A stretch of 64,000 bases of DNA. Origin: Blepharisma stoltei ATCC 30299 (lineage: Eukaryota; Protista; Ciliophora). The stretch lies in NCBI GenBank assembly GCA_965603825.1, contig CBFDEM010000055.1, positions 1 through 64,000 on the forward strand, given 5' to 3'. The translations under genes and the position numbers were made by a program. Below are positions 61,892 to 64,000 of the stretch, one piece after another (positions within the stretch are counted from its first letter, which is position 1; each line of letters begins with the position of its first letter). The notes below the pieces were generated by a model. That model was not told the origin of the DNA and did no database searches. It worked only from the letters and a program-made list of their open reading frames with translations.

Positions 61892-64000
61892 CTTTTTACA
61901 CATTATTGTTTTAATTATTTTAAAATAAATCTAGTGCCGAATTATAAATATTAATGAAGCTTGAACCTTTTCAATAATAGCTTATATCTCTTAAACTCAC
62001 AATTAATAATTTTTAATATAACTAAACATGAAATTATTTTAACAAAGCTTTTTTGTGAGTGTTGGCGTCATTGTATTGATTTCATAGATTGGAATCATTT
62101 TGCACGTTTCACAGCTGATATATCGATATAGAAATTCTTCATTTAGCTCAATTTTTATTAAGCGATTAGAACTATTTTCCACATCTCCGGTGGTGGAGAT
62201 CTAGCTTTGGCTTGGGGAACTTTTAGAATTATGTTTTGGTGAATGCTCGAAATGGGCTTGGGCTAAAAATTTTTTTCTAGACCGACAGTGAGAAGACTGA
62301 CTGAGCAATGCCAGGCTTCATAAGGAAAGTTATATACTGCCTGCAAAAGGTAGAGCTCACTTTCTGAACAAAATGAATCTTCAATAAAACATCGACTAAA
62401 CATTTTTTCAATGGTCAAAACAAAAAGGTATAGGAGCAAATGATTTTAAGGCCCGCCTCATACCTGAAGCCAGCAAAACATATAGAAGGCTGGAATAATC
62501 CTGCTAAACCCACTCTAACTTATGGTAATCATTAAGCTCACGATATGATCATATTTGGAGGGGCATCTTCTGCAAATGGGATTTATCCAAGCTTTCATAT
62601 TAGGCCATGAGGATTGTAGCGAGCAAAGTGTTTTAGCTCAATGAATAGCATGCTTTCATCTCATTGGTCTAGGAATAGAGCTCACTGCCAGATTTTTGCA
62701 CCTATCTGCTCATTCAATGCTTCAGATTTACACTTGAAATGATTAATCATTTGATTATTGAAGAAATAGCGAAGATGATGGCTAAATTAAAGGAAGAGCT
62801 AGAAAAAGAAGAAAAAAAGGGAAAATCGAAGTATAAGGAGGAGAGCAAATCTGAGTAATTTAAGTGAAGATAAATTATCAATGCTTGATACAGCTTATTT
62901 ACTGAATTAGATTGCTGTGGTCCTTATGTTTAAAGTTAATACTGCATTTCCCTGTATACTTTTTTGGCAGATTTCTGAAAGCCAAAATTGGAGATTTGTC
63001 GTTTTGTTTTTATTTTTCTAAAAAATTGGAAAAGCTAAACACCATATTGATATAAAAGCTGATTGTTGATTATTACTCTATTACTCATACCATAGAAGAG
63101 ATCGAAGGAAAACTAAAAGAAAAATTCATGGAATAGCATGAGTGGTTTGACTTTTGAAAAAGAAGGAAACTTAGGTCAATATTTTAGGGAAAATTCAAAG
63201 AAAAAGAAGATAAACGGAAGGAGATAATTTTATAAAGAAAATGGAACTCAATGATAATGAAATAAGATCTTATGAAGTTGAAGGAATTAAAACGGTGACT
63301 TTCAGAGATGAGCGCATCTCCAAAAGAAATGAAGATCACATTCAATTTCAAAACTCAAAAACGAATTATCATAGATTACTTAGTTACATTCTGTAGCAAA
63401 AAATCAGATGCTTGAAGCAGACAAGTTTATAAAAGGATTTTTACCGAGTAATTTTTTTGGATTTAGAAGAATAGCAAGGCTTTACTATAGAGAGAGATTT
63501 CTAAATATAATATTTAATTGTTCATTAATCCGGAGCTGCTTAAAAAATTAGTTAATCCCTTTTTTTAAAAATCTGTTTAGAAACATTTTTAGAAGACTAA
63601 AATCCATTTTAATATGTGAAATTAATGCGCTAGCTTATGGAATTAGGAATAAAATACAATAAAAATGAAGATGCTTGCTGTTTGATGATTAAACAACAAC
63701 AAAATTTAAGAAGTGTGGGCTCATAGCTTTTTGCTCAAGACTTAATGGATTGTTATAAAGCTAAAATTTCGAGATTTAATATCCAGTTACCTTTGAAATT
63801 TTTGTAGGAGTGATTTTAAAAGACAATGCTTCATTAACTATATGTTTTCTTAATTTTGAGTTTATTTATGAAAATTAAAACGATTGATTCTCTTTGAGTT
63901 CACCTAATCTGAATTATTTATAATTATTTTCATTTATGAGCTCTTTATTACAGCAAACAATTTCGCCTTTCTATATAAGTTAAATTACAGTGGTTGCTAT

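Noticed and set aside
61769-61954. 61-aa ORF
   Set aside because: It overlaps tRNA-Phe and starts at TTG, so it is spurious.
1-64000. Whole window as germline sequence with all IESs in place
   Set aside because: Long genes across 14-51 kb are uninterrupted; inserts occur only in the subtelomere.

Overview
This is a chromosome end from a heterotrich ciliate, most likely Blepharisma. The species call is an inference from three things seen directly. (1) About 3.1 kb of CCCTAACA telomere. (2) TGA read as Trp, including the invariant Trp of the myotubularin HCSDGWDRT motif, while real stops are only TAA/TAG. (3) Nine 15-nt GT..AG introns, all with A at position 10. The supplied ORF track uses the standard code and breaks most genes into pieces. 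Re-read with UGA=Trp, 14-51 kb and 59-62 kb are a dense array of intact genes: a P4-ATPase/guanylyl cyclase fusion, a SHIPPO-repeat protein, a RING-H2 ligase, an ATXR3/SDG2-like SET protein, an ABCD transporter, an IQ protein, a VOC enzyme, myotubularin, a CDF zinc transporter, an ARM-like protein, a 2206-aa surface protein, a catalytically dead membrane-anchored pepsin-like protein, striatin, tRNA-Glu and tRNA-Phe. The most interesting part is the subtelomere (4.5-13.6 kb). A tandem family of three paralogs has one contiguous copy and two copies cut by 309-381 bp inserts. Each insert is bounded by an exact 12-bp direct repeat, and removing it restores the frame. The same two pointers sit at homologous positions in all copies, and one copy lacks its own N-terminal module, so alternative in-frame deletions could join modules combinatorially. 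The neighbouring USP gene is split from its His box by a 286-bp TA-bounded, IES-like insert and sits beside a 73-aa ubiquitin-like gene ending RLKGC. A second accessory zone (51.5-59 kb) holds duplicated small genes and scattered fragments of the surface-protein family.
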